64,000 bases of DNA from Chrysomallon squamiferum. Its lineage: Eukaryota > Animalia > Mollusca. A program made the position numbers and the translations under genes. Below are positions 1-13,320 of this stretch, piece by piece (within the stretch, counting starts at the first letter, position 1; the number at the start of each line of letters is the position of its first letter). The notes below the pieces were generated by a model, which did no database searches, was not told where the DNA came from, and saw only the letters and a program-made list of their open reading frames with translations. Location of the stretch: the NCBI GenBank assembly GCA_012295275.1, contig CM022676.1, positions 18,786,001 through 18,850,000 on the forward strand, given 5' to 3'.

Positions 1-1241
1 AAATAAAATTAAACCAAAAAAATAACATTTATAAAAATAATAATAATAATAAAGTGAATTTAATAATAATGATGATGTTAATAATAATTGAATAATAATG
101 ACAATAACAAAAATGACAACACAACAACAACAACAACAACAATAATCATAATAAAGAGAGGTATCATAAAAATAATAATCATAAAATAAAATACCAAGTA
201 AAACATTATCCCCAAAATAGAACATCATAAAAATAACAAAAATATCATCAAAAACAGTTGCATTATCTGAAAAAACATGTTACTATCTAAACAAAAACAA
301 AATACTACTGTATAAACTACAATTAACATTTAAGTATTAAAATAATTAAACAGTATTAAACAAACCACCATTAATTAAGTATTAAGCTATTATCTTCACA
401 AACAACATTGTCTAAACAACTACTGTTAATTAAATACCACATTATGTAAGAAAAAGGTTATTAAAACTCGCATTGTTATCTAGATCAACACAGTTATCTA
501 AACAACTGATTCCGAATTACTTTACTAAAATATCTGCGAATAATACATGAATAAAATACTAAATAAAAAACACAAAGTAACAGAGGATGGAAAGAACTTG
601 CTGGATGCAGCAAGTTAAAACTGCTCTAGTTGTTTTGTTTGCTTGTTTCCTCTCATTGTACTAAACATGGCTGTCACGTATGTATTGAGCAAGCATCAAC
701 ATTTCTCTGTTGATGAACTAGTAAACCTGTCTACAAGATGCTACTAAACCCAGGACTACTGGCAAACCACATTAATATTACTGAAACGTGTTATCAACCT
801 TTATTATTTATGAAAGTGTTTGACAACAATAATCAAATTGGTTATAATATCTTTCTGTGTGTTTGTGTGTGTGTGTGTGTGTGTGTTTGTCGAAGAAATT
901 TAAATCTGAAAAAATCTTTACAAAATATGAGACACCATTAAAAAAATTAATAAGTGATATTGTACACAGAACCACCTATACACAAACATACACACACACA
1001 CACATACACACACATACCTAGACACAGACACACACACATAACTAAACACAGACACACAGACAAACAAACATACATGCACAGATACTATATAAATATTTGC
1101 TGATGAAACAAATGTTTTATTATTTAGCATTAAAGTCCACACTGTACAGACTGAAAACACAAAACTGTGAAAAACAGTCAAACTAACACAGAAGAAGTTC
1201 TGCTATATGCTGCTTGTTATCTTAATTTTGTTTCTTTTAGC

Positions 1242-1244
<3 letters not shown>

Positions 1245-1297
<53 letters not shown>

Positions 1298-1460
1298 GAG
1301 AGAGAGAGAGAGAAAGAGACAGAGAGAGTGAGAGAGAGAGAGAAAGTGAAAGAGAGAGAGAAAGAAAAGAGAGAGAGAGAGAGAGAAAGAAAGAGAAAGA
1401 GAAAAGAGAGAGAAAAAAGAGAGAGAGTAAGAGAGAGAAAGAAAAGAGAGACAGAGAGGA
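1245..1460. repeat. (GA)n microsatellite / purine-rich tract
   Basis: Directly visible; it explains the ER/SL ORFs. Confidence 0.95.
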
Positions 1461-1813
1461 CAATGAAATACAAGAAATGCTGAAAGACAACACCTCACTA
1501 TGTTACAGTTTTCACAAATCTACACACAAGTAAACTGAATGACCCAGAAAGGTCACAGTAATCTGTGTGTGTTGCAATCCGCCTGGGATTATCTGTGTTG
1601 TGTTAATCATAGCCAAGTGTCGCAATGAAAGCGACGTATTGGCAAACTGCCAGCCCTCGTCTGCCCACAGTGAGATACTGCAGATTAGTCATTCACTGTA
1701 GTGTCGTACAAAGTAAGCTCAAATATTACTGGTGCTCCGGGAAAACTGGTGGAATCTTAATCTGATAAAAGTGTAATGGCTGATTATTTATTTATTCATT
1801 TATTTATTTTAGA

Positions 1814-1849
<36 letters not shown>

Positions 1850-2126
1850 AATTCATAAAATAAAATAAAATAAGATAAAATATTAAAAATAAATAAAATA
1901 TTAAAAATAAATAAAATAAAAAAATAAAATAAAATAAAATAAAATAAAATAAAAAGATAAAATAAAAATATAAATAAAATAAAAAGATGATGAAAAGAAA
2001 GAAAAGAAAATGAAATAATTTCGGTGTAATAATAATAAAAAAGAAGAATTTGTTCCATACATTTTGACAGTTAAAAATATGATTACTTATATACTTACTT
2101 ACATATTTGTTTTGTTATATTGTACA

Positions 2127-3455
2127 TCACTGTGAATAAAAGACAGTAAAATGAGAAAGAATGGGTGACCGATTTGCTAAAAAATAAAAACATCCCCAAA
2201 CCACCCCCCTCCAACCTCTTAAACAAAACAAAACATAAACAGTGAATAAGATAAAAATAAAAATTGTTTGTTTACATTTATTTCCATGAAATGACCTCGA
2301 CCCCGATGATGATGATGATGATGACCTTTCAGTCAACACTGACCTTTTCTTAATAGATGGGAGTTCATTAGAATAAAATGGCCTGCAACACCTTTTAGTT
2401 GACCTTTGACCCTGATAAGCAGATGCCAAATTCATACTTGACCTTTGACACTGACTTGGGAGCATTTTAGTAGTAGTAATAGTAGTTGCTACTAGACAGT
2501 GTGTTGTTGATGCAGTAGCTGTTGTTTTTAACCATGTCGCTGTTGTAGCTGTTGCTGCTGTTGTTGAAGTGGGTATCGATGTTGTCGCTGACGCTGTTGA
2601 CACCCTCTCAGCTGTGTAACAGTGGTTTGCTGAGAATTGTTTTTCACACGAACGCAAACTTTTAAGAATAGACTCATACGTCGGTGATGACCGAAAGGAA
2701 TCTGATGTTGTGCCTGCTGCTGCCGATGATGTAGTAGAAGTAAAACAAGGGAACAACTCACATTTTGTCTTACAAGTGGACCTGGTGGCTGTATTTGAAT
2801 ATTGAGTATTCAGATTTGAGCTCTGAGTAGTCAGGCCAGTGTTTTGAGCAAACCTATTTGCATTTAAAAATGTACTGACAGTATTTAAATTTTGAGCATC
2901 CATGTTTTGAGTAGCAGTGTTTGAGTTCTGAACAGCCACTGCTGAGTACTGACAATTTGTTGGAGTTTGAGTGCATGTCAGTGTTGGTAGTCCACTTCTA
3001 CACAGACTGGGTGGTGTTGTGTAGTTTCCCTGGTTACACTGAGGACAAAGGTCAATAAAGATATTCACCATATCCTGTTTGATGTAACTCCATTTCTTTA
3101 CTATCTGCAATACAAAAATAAAAAAACACAAAGTTCCAAATAACTGAGTAAAGAAATCTCTTCCTCTCAAAATATTAAAATAAAAATACCCCCCCCTCAA
3201 ATCTGAACAGAGGATGCAGTAGTTGTTGTTATTGAACCTAATGTTGTGACAGTAGATGTAGTAGCAGTAGTTGTCATTACGCTTTGTGTTGGTGATTCAT
3301 AGTTAGTACAAATGTTATTCATGATTTTGTAATTAAAATCAGTCTTACTTAATAAATAAAAAATAAACTAAAAAAAAAAAAAACAAAAAAAAAAAAAGAA
3401 ACCTATAAATAAATAAATAAAAAATAAATAAATAAATAAAATAAATAAATAAATA

Positions 3456-3486
<31 letters not shown>

Positions 3487-4359
3487 TAAATAAATGAACA
3501 ATTAAATAAATAAATAACAAACAAACAAACAAATTAACAAATAAACAAACGAATAAATAAATAAATATATAAAGACTATAATTCTAGAATTTACAACAAT
3601 ATAAAATACAGTCCAGATATGTAATCAGCATTCATTGCTTTTGCTTCAGACAACAAAAATAAAAAAAATGATTTACTTAAGGGAGATAATTTTGCTGTTA
3701 AAGAAATTAACACACATTAACACAGTGAGCATGAAACTGACGCAGGTTTACATAAACTAAAATGTGTTTCACAAATTAACATAAACACACGCGTATTAAA
3801 ATACCACAAATGAACAATAATTTACATAACGTAACATTCATTTTCATAAACTGCAAAAATTTACATAAGTTGCAATAATTTACATAAATTAAGAATAATT
3901 TACATAAATTAAGAATACTTTACATAAATTGCTATAATTTACATAAATTAAGAATAATTTACACAAAATAACATTAAGTTACACAAATTAACAAACACAA
4001 ATTAGTGTAAATTCACAGTTACGTACCGCTGACCAGGTTTCTTTGGTTTTCTTGTGACCCACTTCTTCGTGACATTCCAAAATGCGGCTGTAAACTTCGT
4101 GTAACTTGACGACTTCGCGACTCTGCGTCTGCCTGTCCACTAAGACGTCCCCACTTCTCACACAAAACTTGTCCCGGGCCCACTTTTTGAAATGGGCGGA
4201 GCAGCCAGGAACCGCCCTGCCCCGCCTCGCCTTGCAGCACTCAACGCACACCCGGTACATGTCTGCCCTCATCGCATACTTCTCTCGAAATTTCTCGTCT
4301 AAACTTTTTATTTTTTCTTCCAGTCTTCGGTAAAATTCTGCTCTGTTTGTAGCTGACAT
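2127..4359 (-). CDS. Integrase H2C2 (HHCC) zinc-binding domain protein, NOL4/KRBA2-like N-terminal domain, with a Thr/Ser-rich tail
   Basis: Exon 4359-4027 ends GCG|GTACGT (phase 0) and splices to TTGCAG|ATA at 3104. The join reads ...ILECHEEVGHKKTKETWSA-IVKKWSYIKQDMVNIFIDLCPQCN, i.e. H-x4-H...C-x2-C. The upstream part (KKWARDKF...VVKLHEVYSRILECH) resembles NOL4/KRBA2-type domains. The 3' end is uncertain: read-through to the stop at 2127, or a donor near 2275. Confidence 0.75.
3855..3990. repeat. ~19-20-bp degenerate tandem repeat (aatttacataaattaagaat) next to the donor of the H2C2 exon
   Basis: Five to six visible copies. Confidence 0.75.
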
Positions 4360-5544
4360 TTGTGGGGGTTTTTTGGGGTTTTTTTTGTGTTTATCATTTA
4401 CAAATTTTAATTTGATTTGATTTGATTCTTAAATTTTATTTAATTTAATTTACAAATTTTAATTTAATATAATTCAATTTACAAATTTAATTCAATTCAA
4501 TTCAATTCAATTCAATTCAATTTAATCAATTTAATTAAGTTTTACTAAAACATGAAATACTCACGTTGTTATAAAGAAAAAAGAAATTAATTATAAATAA
4601 AAACAGATCCAGTTACCACATTGAAGTGTAAAATCACTAAATCGCTAAATCACTAATTTAAATTTCAAAAAAATCAAAAGTTAAATGTACACAAAATATT
4701 ATCTTTCAGCATTAACTTTGTGACAAACTGAGAACTCAAATGAAAATAATCAAGTTAATAATTTTCAAAGTTAAATAAAATCCTAAAACAAAACTATCCA
4801 GAAAGAAAGATCAAAAATAAATAAATAAACAAAATAATAAAGAGAAAAAAAAGAAGAAGAAAAAAATAAACAAAATAATTTCCATTTTCTAAGACAAACA
4901 TGTTTCTAAGTCCAAAATGAAAACAGAAAACATTTTTTTTTCCAGCCAACACACATTTTGAAAACTCAAAATCAAACATGAAAAAATCATATATGGGTTC
5001 AGTTTTTATTAAGCTAATAATACAGTTACAAAGAGGCTGTGTTTGGGTATACAGACTTTATTAATATTAATTACATAAAGAATACTCAGCACAAGGAAGG
5101 AAGGCTCTGTTTGGCTATTCTTGTTTTGTCAATATTAATTTACACAAATCAGTGAATACTGACCATGAAAAGCATGCTTAAACATCAGCACTGTAAATAA
5201 TGAAGTATTAAATACAATGAAGAAAAAAACAGAGAAATGTACTTAATGATATTAATAATAACACACTGAACACTGATATAAATATTAACCAAATTTAGCA
5301 TAATTTGTTCTACAGGTCAAAAGATAAAAAGCATTTGTTTTTATTTATTTAAGTTTTCCTGATATATTTATCAACCTACCTTACATGTATTATAAAACAG
5401 ACATTTTAATTTCTTATATGTTTGGTTTATTTAACTATCTCACATCATTTTTAAATAAAACATCTTAATTTTTAGTATTTCTTTCCTGCATTTCACCTAA
5501 CTTGTATATTCATAAAATAAATGACTTATGTTATTATCATGGTC

Positions 5545-5619
5545 ATTACCATTATTATTATTATATTCATCATTATTGCTATTATTATTATTATTATTAT
5601 TATTACTATTATTATATTA

Positions 5620-5671
<52 letters not shown>

Positions 5672-5674
5672 TAC

Positions 5675-5710
<36 letters not shown>

Positions 5711-5738
5711 TATTATTACTATTATTATATTATTGTTA

Positions 5739-5776
<38 letters not shown>

Positions 5777-5947
5777 GTTACTATTATTACTACTATTATT
5801 ATTACTATTATTATTATTACTATTATTATTACTACTACTATTATTATTATTACTATTATTATTACTATTATTATTATTACTACTATTATTATTATACTAT
5901 TATTATTATTACTATTATTATTATTATTATTATTATTACTATTATTA

Positions 5948-6007
<60 letters not shown>

Positions 6008-6010
6008 TAT
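5545..6010. repeat. (TAT)n/(TAC) microsatellite
   Basis: Directly visible. Confidence 0.95.
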
Positions 6011-8212
6011 GGTTTTGTTTTATTGTTCGTGTCACTAGTGACAGTGTGACATGAGGTGTAGTTAAAGTGACAGGTGCAGTGACACAGTGTTCTCAGTTAC
6101 AAATGATTTTCTCTGTGTCACGTTCTCATCAGTCCGGTTTAGATATCACCTGCATCCACCTCAGATTAGAATATTCAAATTAGCTGCCAATGACCTACAT
6201 ACTTGTTTTAATTATTACTGTGTTTATTGTTGATTTTTTATTTATTATTTTTCACAGATTAAATCAAAAAACAATTCCCGTTTATTACATATTTATAATT
6301 TATAGGAACAGGTGTAAAAAGTAAACAAATTTGAATAATTTTATCGATATACTGAGTGAACTTCTGCAAGATCCACAAAAAAAAAAAAAAAAATCATCAT
6401 TCTTCCTCATCTGCAGCCAACAGAAATAATCAGGGTGTGATTGGGAAAGTTGTTCGGTTCACTCCCCTCATCTTTTTCAAAACACAAATTTTCAAATCCA
6501 ACCAGGTTCTCTGAAACACCTGAGTATTGGAAATTTATTTGATTTCAAACTGGAGTTTGCTGGGTGTTTGTCGGAATGAACAACCCAATAATCTGCAACT
6601 TGTCTTTGAATCACAGAGTGAATACAAATGAATTAGCAAATCATATGTCTATTCAGAAGTTTTATCTGTGTATGATGCAATAAACGATTTTAAGATCTTC
6701 GTCGGGTTTTACAGAAATTTCCTAGATACTTTTTTTTTTTTTTTTGCTGTAGATCACACACCAAAGTAACGGCAAATTGTTTTTATGAAAATTTCTCACA
6801 ATCTAATTAATATAGACACATCTATTACAATATACAAGTTTTTAATTTTTAATTTTTAAATAGTTATTTGTCAGTTTCAATGAGGTTTTTGTAAAAACAA
6901 TATCTAATTTATAGCAGATGATTTTTCAAATGACAGCACAGTTAACCAGTCATGCATGAAAACTGACTTGGGAAAAAAACCATTTACTCTTACAACTTCT
7001 GCTGAAAAGATTTACCTGAACAGCGCAGTTTTGTAACCAAGTCAAAAATAAATAAATAAATAAAATCATAGTAGTTGTAATAGTAGTAGTAGTAGCAGTA
7101 ATAACAACAACAACAACAACAACAACAATGATGTGTTGATCATGATAAAAAGAACAACAACAATAATAAATAAAAATAAAAACAATAATATATAAAAATT
7201 AAATAAATATATAAATAACTGAATCAATCAAGATAAAATGAACAAGACATGGAGGGAGATTTGGGAGGGGGGAGTGTAGACATGTGTCCAGCTATGGTCA
7301 AGCCTCTATTTCTGTCTTGACTGATATTTAAAGATATTTAACTAACTTTTCACTAGCAAACTAGTCAGCTGACTAGCACACTATGAAATTCAAGTGACAA
7401 GATTTGACTGATCAGGTTTAAAGAACTAATATTAACAGCTTCATCTGAACCTCATCTATTCACTTTATCTACAAACCTTCTCTATACTGAATTTCATGTA
7501 CTTCTTTTCATTTTGTTATTTCATTTCATTTCTTTTGACTTTTTATGTTTTACTTTATTTTATTATTTATTTCATTATTTTCTTCTTATTATTATTATTA
7601 TTTTTATTTTTTTTGTTTAATTAATCTTATTTGTACTTTTATCTACAATCATGATTCAGTCATGTGACTTCCCAGGTTTAAATTTATTTAACCTTCAAAA
7701 ATTCTTTCTATCTTTTGACCAAAAAAAAAAAAAAATATCTTATTAGTTCAGTTAATGTCAGTATTTTCAGGGAATGGATTTCAGTATATAAAAAATTAAA
7801 CATAAATAGTACGTGTGTGTGTGTGTGTGTGTGTGTGTGTCAGAAGATGTGAAGAAAAAGCACAGGACTTTCAATGGTGGTTTGTTAAAATTGAAATTTT
7901 GTGTACATAATCCAAATATCCATCTGAGTGAGTAACATACTGTTTATATATCATTTCTGCAAGGAAGTAAATATATTATTTATGTTTATTTATTTACATA
8001 AGTATACTAGTAATTATGTGTGTGTTTTTGTTTACACATGATGTGCATGTCTGTTAATATTTGCATACTCAGACACATTCGCCAACACACACACACACAC
8101 ACACACTCACACACACACACATATATAAATATGCACACAATTATAAATGGGAATTATGTCATAAAATAATTAATGGAAAAACGTATATTAACAAGTAAAA
8201 ATAAAAAAACAC

Positions 8213-8993
8213 CTTTTACGACTGGCTGGGAATTCTGGGACACGCTTTTACTTTCTGACTCCGAAGGTTTGCCCGAGGACGTTGGACTCTTTTCTCTGTC
8301 TTCAGTGACCAGTCGTCGCTTCTTGAACGGCAGGTATTTGTCCGTCCGGCTGTCTGATACTGACGTAGAAATGTCTGACTTAGTGTCGACTGTCTTGTGC
8401 AAAGCGCGTGGTCCTGCCTCGATGTCGTTTAAAAACGTCGAACTACCTAAACGCGAAAACGAACTCAAATCTGGCGTGCTGGTGGTAGGTAGAAAAAGAG
8501 AGGGGATACTAGGAAGGGAGGGTAGGTTAGGTATGAAATTTCCTGAATTTAGAGTCGGAATTTCCAGGGTTTTTTGTTTCTCACTCTCGGTTGCTTTATC
8601 ATTATGTTCACTAACAGTTTCACTTTCAGAAACTGCAGAAGTCTTTTTCCCTGCCTTTCTCGTTTTTTTCGTCTTTTCGCCGGAAGCCGTCTGCTTCGGC
8701 GAGTTCTGTGTGATGTCTTTCTGCGCGCCTCGACGTTTCGAGTTAACATTCCGTGTCGTCCGAGGCCACTTCGCCCGTGACCTACTTTTCGATGTTTCAT
8801 GTTCCGCCATGCTGCCTTTCGATTTCCGTCTCGTCTTACCGTTTTCAGCGCCATTTGAATTGTCTGAAATATAATTTGTTGTCTGCTGCACATAAACCTG
8901 TGGGTTGCCTCCTGTGTTCACCACAGCCATTGAAGATAGTGCGCCTAATGCTTCCGCGGCCGCCATTCTATCGGCATGTTCCTTCGGATCCAT
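8213..8993 (-). CDS. First coding exon of a low-complexity, probably nuclear protein (AAAEALGAL helix, basic patches, LPFKKRR motif); possibly the 5' exon of the H2C2 gene
   Basis: The 312-aa ORF (8154-9092) is non-repetitive and GC/CpG-richer than its flanks. The likely start is MDPKEH at 8993 (alternative ATG at 9080). A donor AAAG|GTGTTT at 8213/8212 coincides with the switch to AT-rich intron-like sequence. Confidence 0.7.
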
Positions 8994-9199
8994 ATTCGTC
9001 GAATTTAAAACGGAAATTTGACCCCTTGTTCCTGGCGATAAATGAAAACTTGGTGAACAATCAACTAAAACAGCAGTCATAATGTAGGTCACGTCTGTTT
9101 ATGGTTGATACAAACCGTTTCGGAAACATTGAGTAATTCCAGAAATTACATTTTGCGTAAAAACCCATGAAACAGGTCCAAACCGCGGAAAGCACCTAC

Positions 9200-9300
9200 C
9201 TACCAGGGAAAGTCCCAGTTGTCACGTGATTCTGCCAGTCAATCAGAGACGAGTATTGCGAACTTTTGGGGATTTCCCTCGCCTGATGGGAACTTACGTG
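9200..9300. promoter_or_regulatory. Promoter region with two NF-kB consensus sites and an E-box
   Basis: GGGAAAGTCCC at 9206-9216 is the reverse complement of GGGACTTTCCC. GGGGATTTCCC lies at 9268-9278, with GTCACGTGA at ~9221 between them. The cluster sits just upstream of the minus-strand ORF. Confidence 0.55.
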
Positions 9301-9612
9301 GCAGTTATTTTTAGCTTGGTTATCACGACTCGAGGCGCACTTATTTTATGGTTGCCTCGTTCTGAGAAGTGAACGTGTTGATTTGAAGAAACAGGTTTTC
9401 TGGCTAGGCTATTTTTAGTCAATCACTGTTCACTGATGATCATTACTCACAAAGATTACAACATATTTTTACTCACGCTTTAGTTTTCCGAACACAGTAT
9501 GTAAACAACTTTGTCTCTGATTCATCTTTCTTTCACAGTCTGTCAAATACATTTCTTTTTCTTCATTTCCTCTGTTATTCTTTGAATAAATAAATAAAAT
9601 TTACTACTAAAA

Positions 9613-9660
<48 letters not shown>

Positions 9661-10149
9661 TGATAAAATAAATAAATAAATAAAATAGATGTAACTACGT
9701 AGTAAAATGTATTCAATGGCACATGCGCCAACACGAAAATAAATTACACAAGGACGCATACTCAGTCTTATAGATGGATTTGTTTCAAAAACAATTTCAA
9801 TATAATGTATTATTTCTTATTTATTTACTTACACGATTTATATTTTGACTAAGACACCTTTGTTTTTATATTATTTTTTTGATTTGTTTATTATTATTAT
9901 TTTTTATATATTCCTTTCATTTTGCTGATTCTGTTATTGAAAATTAATAACTCATCTTTCTTTGTTTTATTAAAACAAAATTAAAAATTAAAAAGCAGAC
10001 TAAAGGAATTTTTTTTTTTTTTACTAGTAAATGATGCAGTCAGTCCATTTTTAATCAACACCTATAATGACGTCATATATATATGACTAAACATCGTGAT
10101 TAAGACATATAAAAGACCCTTAGTTTTCAGGAAAGCAGTCATCACATTG

Positions 10150-10207
<58 letters not shown>

Positions 10208-10224
10208 GTAGTATAGTAGTAGTA

Positions 10225-10257
<33 letters not shown>

Positions 10258-10633
10258 TAACATTACTATACTCATATGCAAAACAACTACAATAAGAACA
10301 TCATCAATATCATCATCATCGTCAACAAAAACAACAACAACAACATCAATAATAATGATAGTAATAGATCCGTCACGCACAGAGTAGAAATGAAAATGTT
10401 ACGGCAAGGTGAATTGAACTTGCGGTCTGTGAAGCATGATGAAGGAACAAATAAACGTGAAAGTTTTAAAAAAGAATAAAGAAAAAAAATGAAACAAACT
10501 GCTTAAAACGACAACAGCTCCTTCTGACAGCTGCGTGACCTTCCTGTGTCAGAAAGTGACACGTGACCAAGGCCGGTTTCACGTGCGCAAAGTGACGACT
10601 TTACTGACTGAACTACTAGACTGAACATCAAAC

Positions 10634-11032
10634 ATGTTCCGCGTCGCGCTCGCTGTAATTCTGCTAGTGGTGTTCAGTAGAAGCAATGTAAGCTTTCAGT
10701 ATTTGTTTACGTATTAATTCAATTCAGTTCAGTTTAATTTAATTTAATTTAATTTAATTTAATTTAATTTAATTTAATTATTCATTTAATTTCATTTCAT
10801 TTCATTTATTTATATATTTATTTAATTTTATTATTTTCTATCTTTCCTTCTTTTTCCAGTATGTTATAAATATACATTTTTTTAAATTCATAGTATCAGT
10901 CTTACTATTTTCGAATTTAATTCCTCCTTTTTAGTTATCTGACTCTTCAACTTTTTATTCTTCTTCCTTCTCTCTCTCTCTCTCTCTCTGAATTGCCTTT
11001 CTCTCTTCTCTCTCTCTCTCTCTCTTTGTCTC

Positions 11033-11082
<50 letters not shown>

Positions 11083-11096
11083 CTCTTTAAGTGTGT

Positions 11097-11150
<54 letters not shown>

Positions 11151-12413
11151 GTCTCTCATGCACATTTTCGGACTGATTTGCGCTGTTGTTGTTATTTTTG
11201 TTGTAATGAAGATCTGTAACGAGGCTGCACACGTGTCGGAGGGGTTACGTAGACAAAATGGCGAGCGAATAGCGGAAGTAGCAAGAAGTTACCTAGGATC
11301 AACCCTCTTCAGGACAGGAATGGAATATGTCAGCAACGTCTTGTCTGAGGCCGGAGTACACGAACAGTTGTATGCAGCAACAACATCATCAGCAACAACA
11401 TCAACCATAAACAACACACACACACACACACACAAACAACACACACACACACACACACATCACCATCAACAATAGTAACAACGACAAATAAACGTAAAAA
11501 ACCCCGAACATCAACAAAAACATCAGCAACAACAAACAAAGCCCGCATCATTATCAACAACAACAACAACAACAACAAAAATACTTTAAAAAAAAGGAAA
11601 AAATTAAAAATAATATATATATATATATTTGTTTAGAAACCAAATTGAAATTCGTGTCACAAAGGGAGGACTCACTCTATCAGAGTCTGCGCCTGTCTCT
11701 TTGTTCTCTTCTGACTTGCTGCTATTTCTTTGTAGTTTAAATCTGACAGCCAGCCTGTTAATGCTTTTTGTTTTTTTAAATACTTTTATTAGTATCATAT
11801 TTACATACTGCTATCATTTGTCCTCTGGTCGCAGGATACAGGCTGTATCACGTTACATTCGTGTCACTGTTACCACTTTATGACAGCGATATCGACAGAA
11901 CTATGATTTAATTATCAATAAACTGTCAACACTATAATTTGTCTTAGTCAGCAAACTACCCAGACCAGTGACACCCTTTTCGTGATCAAACAGTGGGGAA
12001 ATTGAAATTAATAAAATGAAATAACCGAGTTGTCACCTGTACAAATAATATACGTAAAACAGAGTTTTATTTTACGAGATGTAGACTTTTCAGAATGTAT
12101 TTTTGTTATAGGTATATTTTATTTTTATTTTTAAAATATATTTTATTTTTTTCCGAGTTAAGAAAACATGATCTTAACACGCGGCACATATATTACGAAA
12201 TCCACGTGACATAAGTTTCAGGGCTCATGAAATCAAGTGTGTGTGTGTGTGTGTGTGTGTGTGCTAAAAAAAAATGTATTGCTGTTTTTTGTTGTTACTA
12301 TTGTTGTTATTACTTTTATCATAATAATTATTATTGATGTTGTTGCTGTTTTTGTTGTTAATATAATCATGTTTATTATTGCTACTGTAGTTTTACTGTC
12401 ATTATTGTTGTTA

Positions 12414-12497
<84 letters not shown>

Positions 12498-12807
12498 GTT
12501 ATTATTATTATTATTGTTATTATTATTGTTATTATGTTTCAGCCCGTCGACTCTTGAAGATTGGTCAAACAGGGATTCAGAAGACGAGTACCAGTGTTGG
12601 CGTTACAGAACGTACGACAAACCCACGTTGAACGCAGAAATTGGTGACGTCATCACAGACGGGAAGCGAATCGGCGTAATCGTGGGTTTGTATCCGCGCT
12701 ACGCAGTTAACGTGGTCGGTCAGTCAGTTCAAAACTCTGTCGTGCTGGCTGACGAATATGACGACATTTTAGTTTGGTCTTACCAGTGTGAACTGACAAC
12801 TACGTAG
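10634..12807 (+). CDS. Small secreted protein (158 aa), NlpC/P60-like fold candidate lacking catalytic residues; paralog A
   Basis: Exons are 10634-10687 (signal peptide MFRVALAVILLVVFSRSN, GTAAGC), 11212-11369 (GAAG| ... |GTATGC) and 12543-12807 (TTTCAG|). Phases 0 and 2 give a continuous frame: ...IAEVARSYLGS...YVSNVLSEAG...WSN...CWRY...GDVITDGKRIGVIVG...WSYQC. Confidence 0.8.
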
Positions 12808-13249
12808 TAAACTGTGACTGAAAATAAAGTACGTGTTTCTCCTTTATCAGACAGTCCGCTGTTTCTTTTTATTTATTTCTTTTCTTTTTAGAGCTTTGTT
12901 TTGCTTTATGTGGCCAATCACAGGAAACAGAAAATAAAAAATCACTGTACACAGTTAGAACGAGCCAAAAAAAAAAAAAAAAATCGTATTGAAATGATAC
13001 CATGATCTCTTTGATAGCATTGATACAAATTAAAAAAAAAAAAAAAAAAAAAATGCTGGGATTTAGAAGTACTGAATATCTCACAAAGCTTCAATCCACT
13101 GTCTTACATCAAACTCAAGCATTTTATGAGTTCTAAACCTGTATTGCATTCTTAAGCACGTTGCTAAGACTCATGAATTTGAATTAATTAATTAACTGAA
13201 CTAATTAGCTGAAATGTACTGTCAACACCGGTATGAGCCAGTCAGAACG

Positions 13250-13320
13250 CGCCGCTGACGTCACGTCACGTGAAGTGACGTCATTATCGATCCTGTGACG
13301 CAAGTTTGGCGCATGCAGTT
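13250..13320. promoter_or_regulatory. Cluster of CRE/ATF (TGACGTCA x2), E-box (CACGTG) and NRF1-like (GCGCATGC) motifs
   Basis: The sequence gctgacgtcacgtcacgtgaagtgacgtca...tgacgcaa...gcgcatgc falls within ~70 bp. Confidence 0.4.

Noticed and set aside
1540-1765. Possible further coding exon of the H2C2 gene
   Set aside because: An acceptor is present at ~1762, but all three frames stop within ~45 nt. At most it is a terminal or UTR exon and cannot be supported.
1203-6054. ORFs of poly-ER/SL/Y/I/L
   Set aside because: They are translations of (GA)n and (TAT)n microsatellites. The same holds for similar ORFs throughout the window.
6040-7050. Possible exons downstream of the 9-kb exon
   Set aside because: The sequence is unique, but there is no convincing open, phase-compatible exon.
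8173-8874. 233-aa plus-strand ORF
   Set aside because: It is the antisense shadow of the minus-strand coding exon, with no independent motifs.
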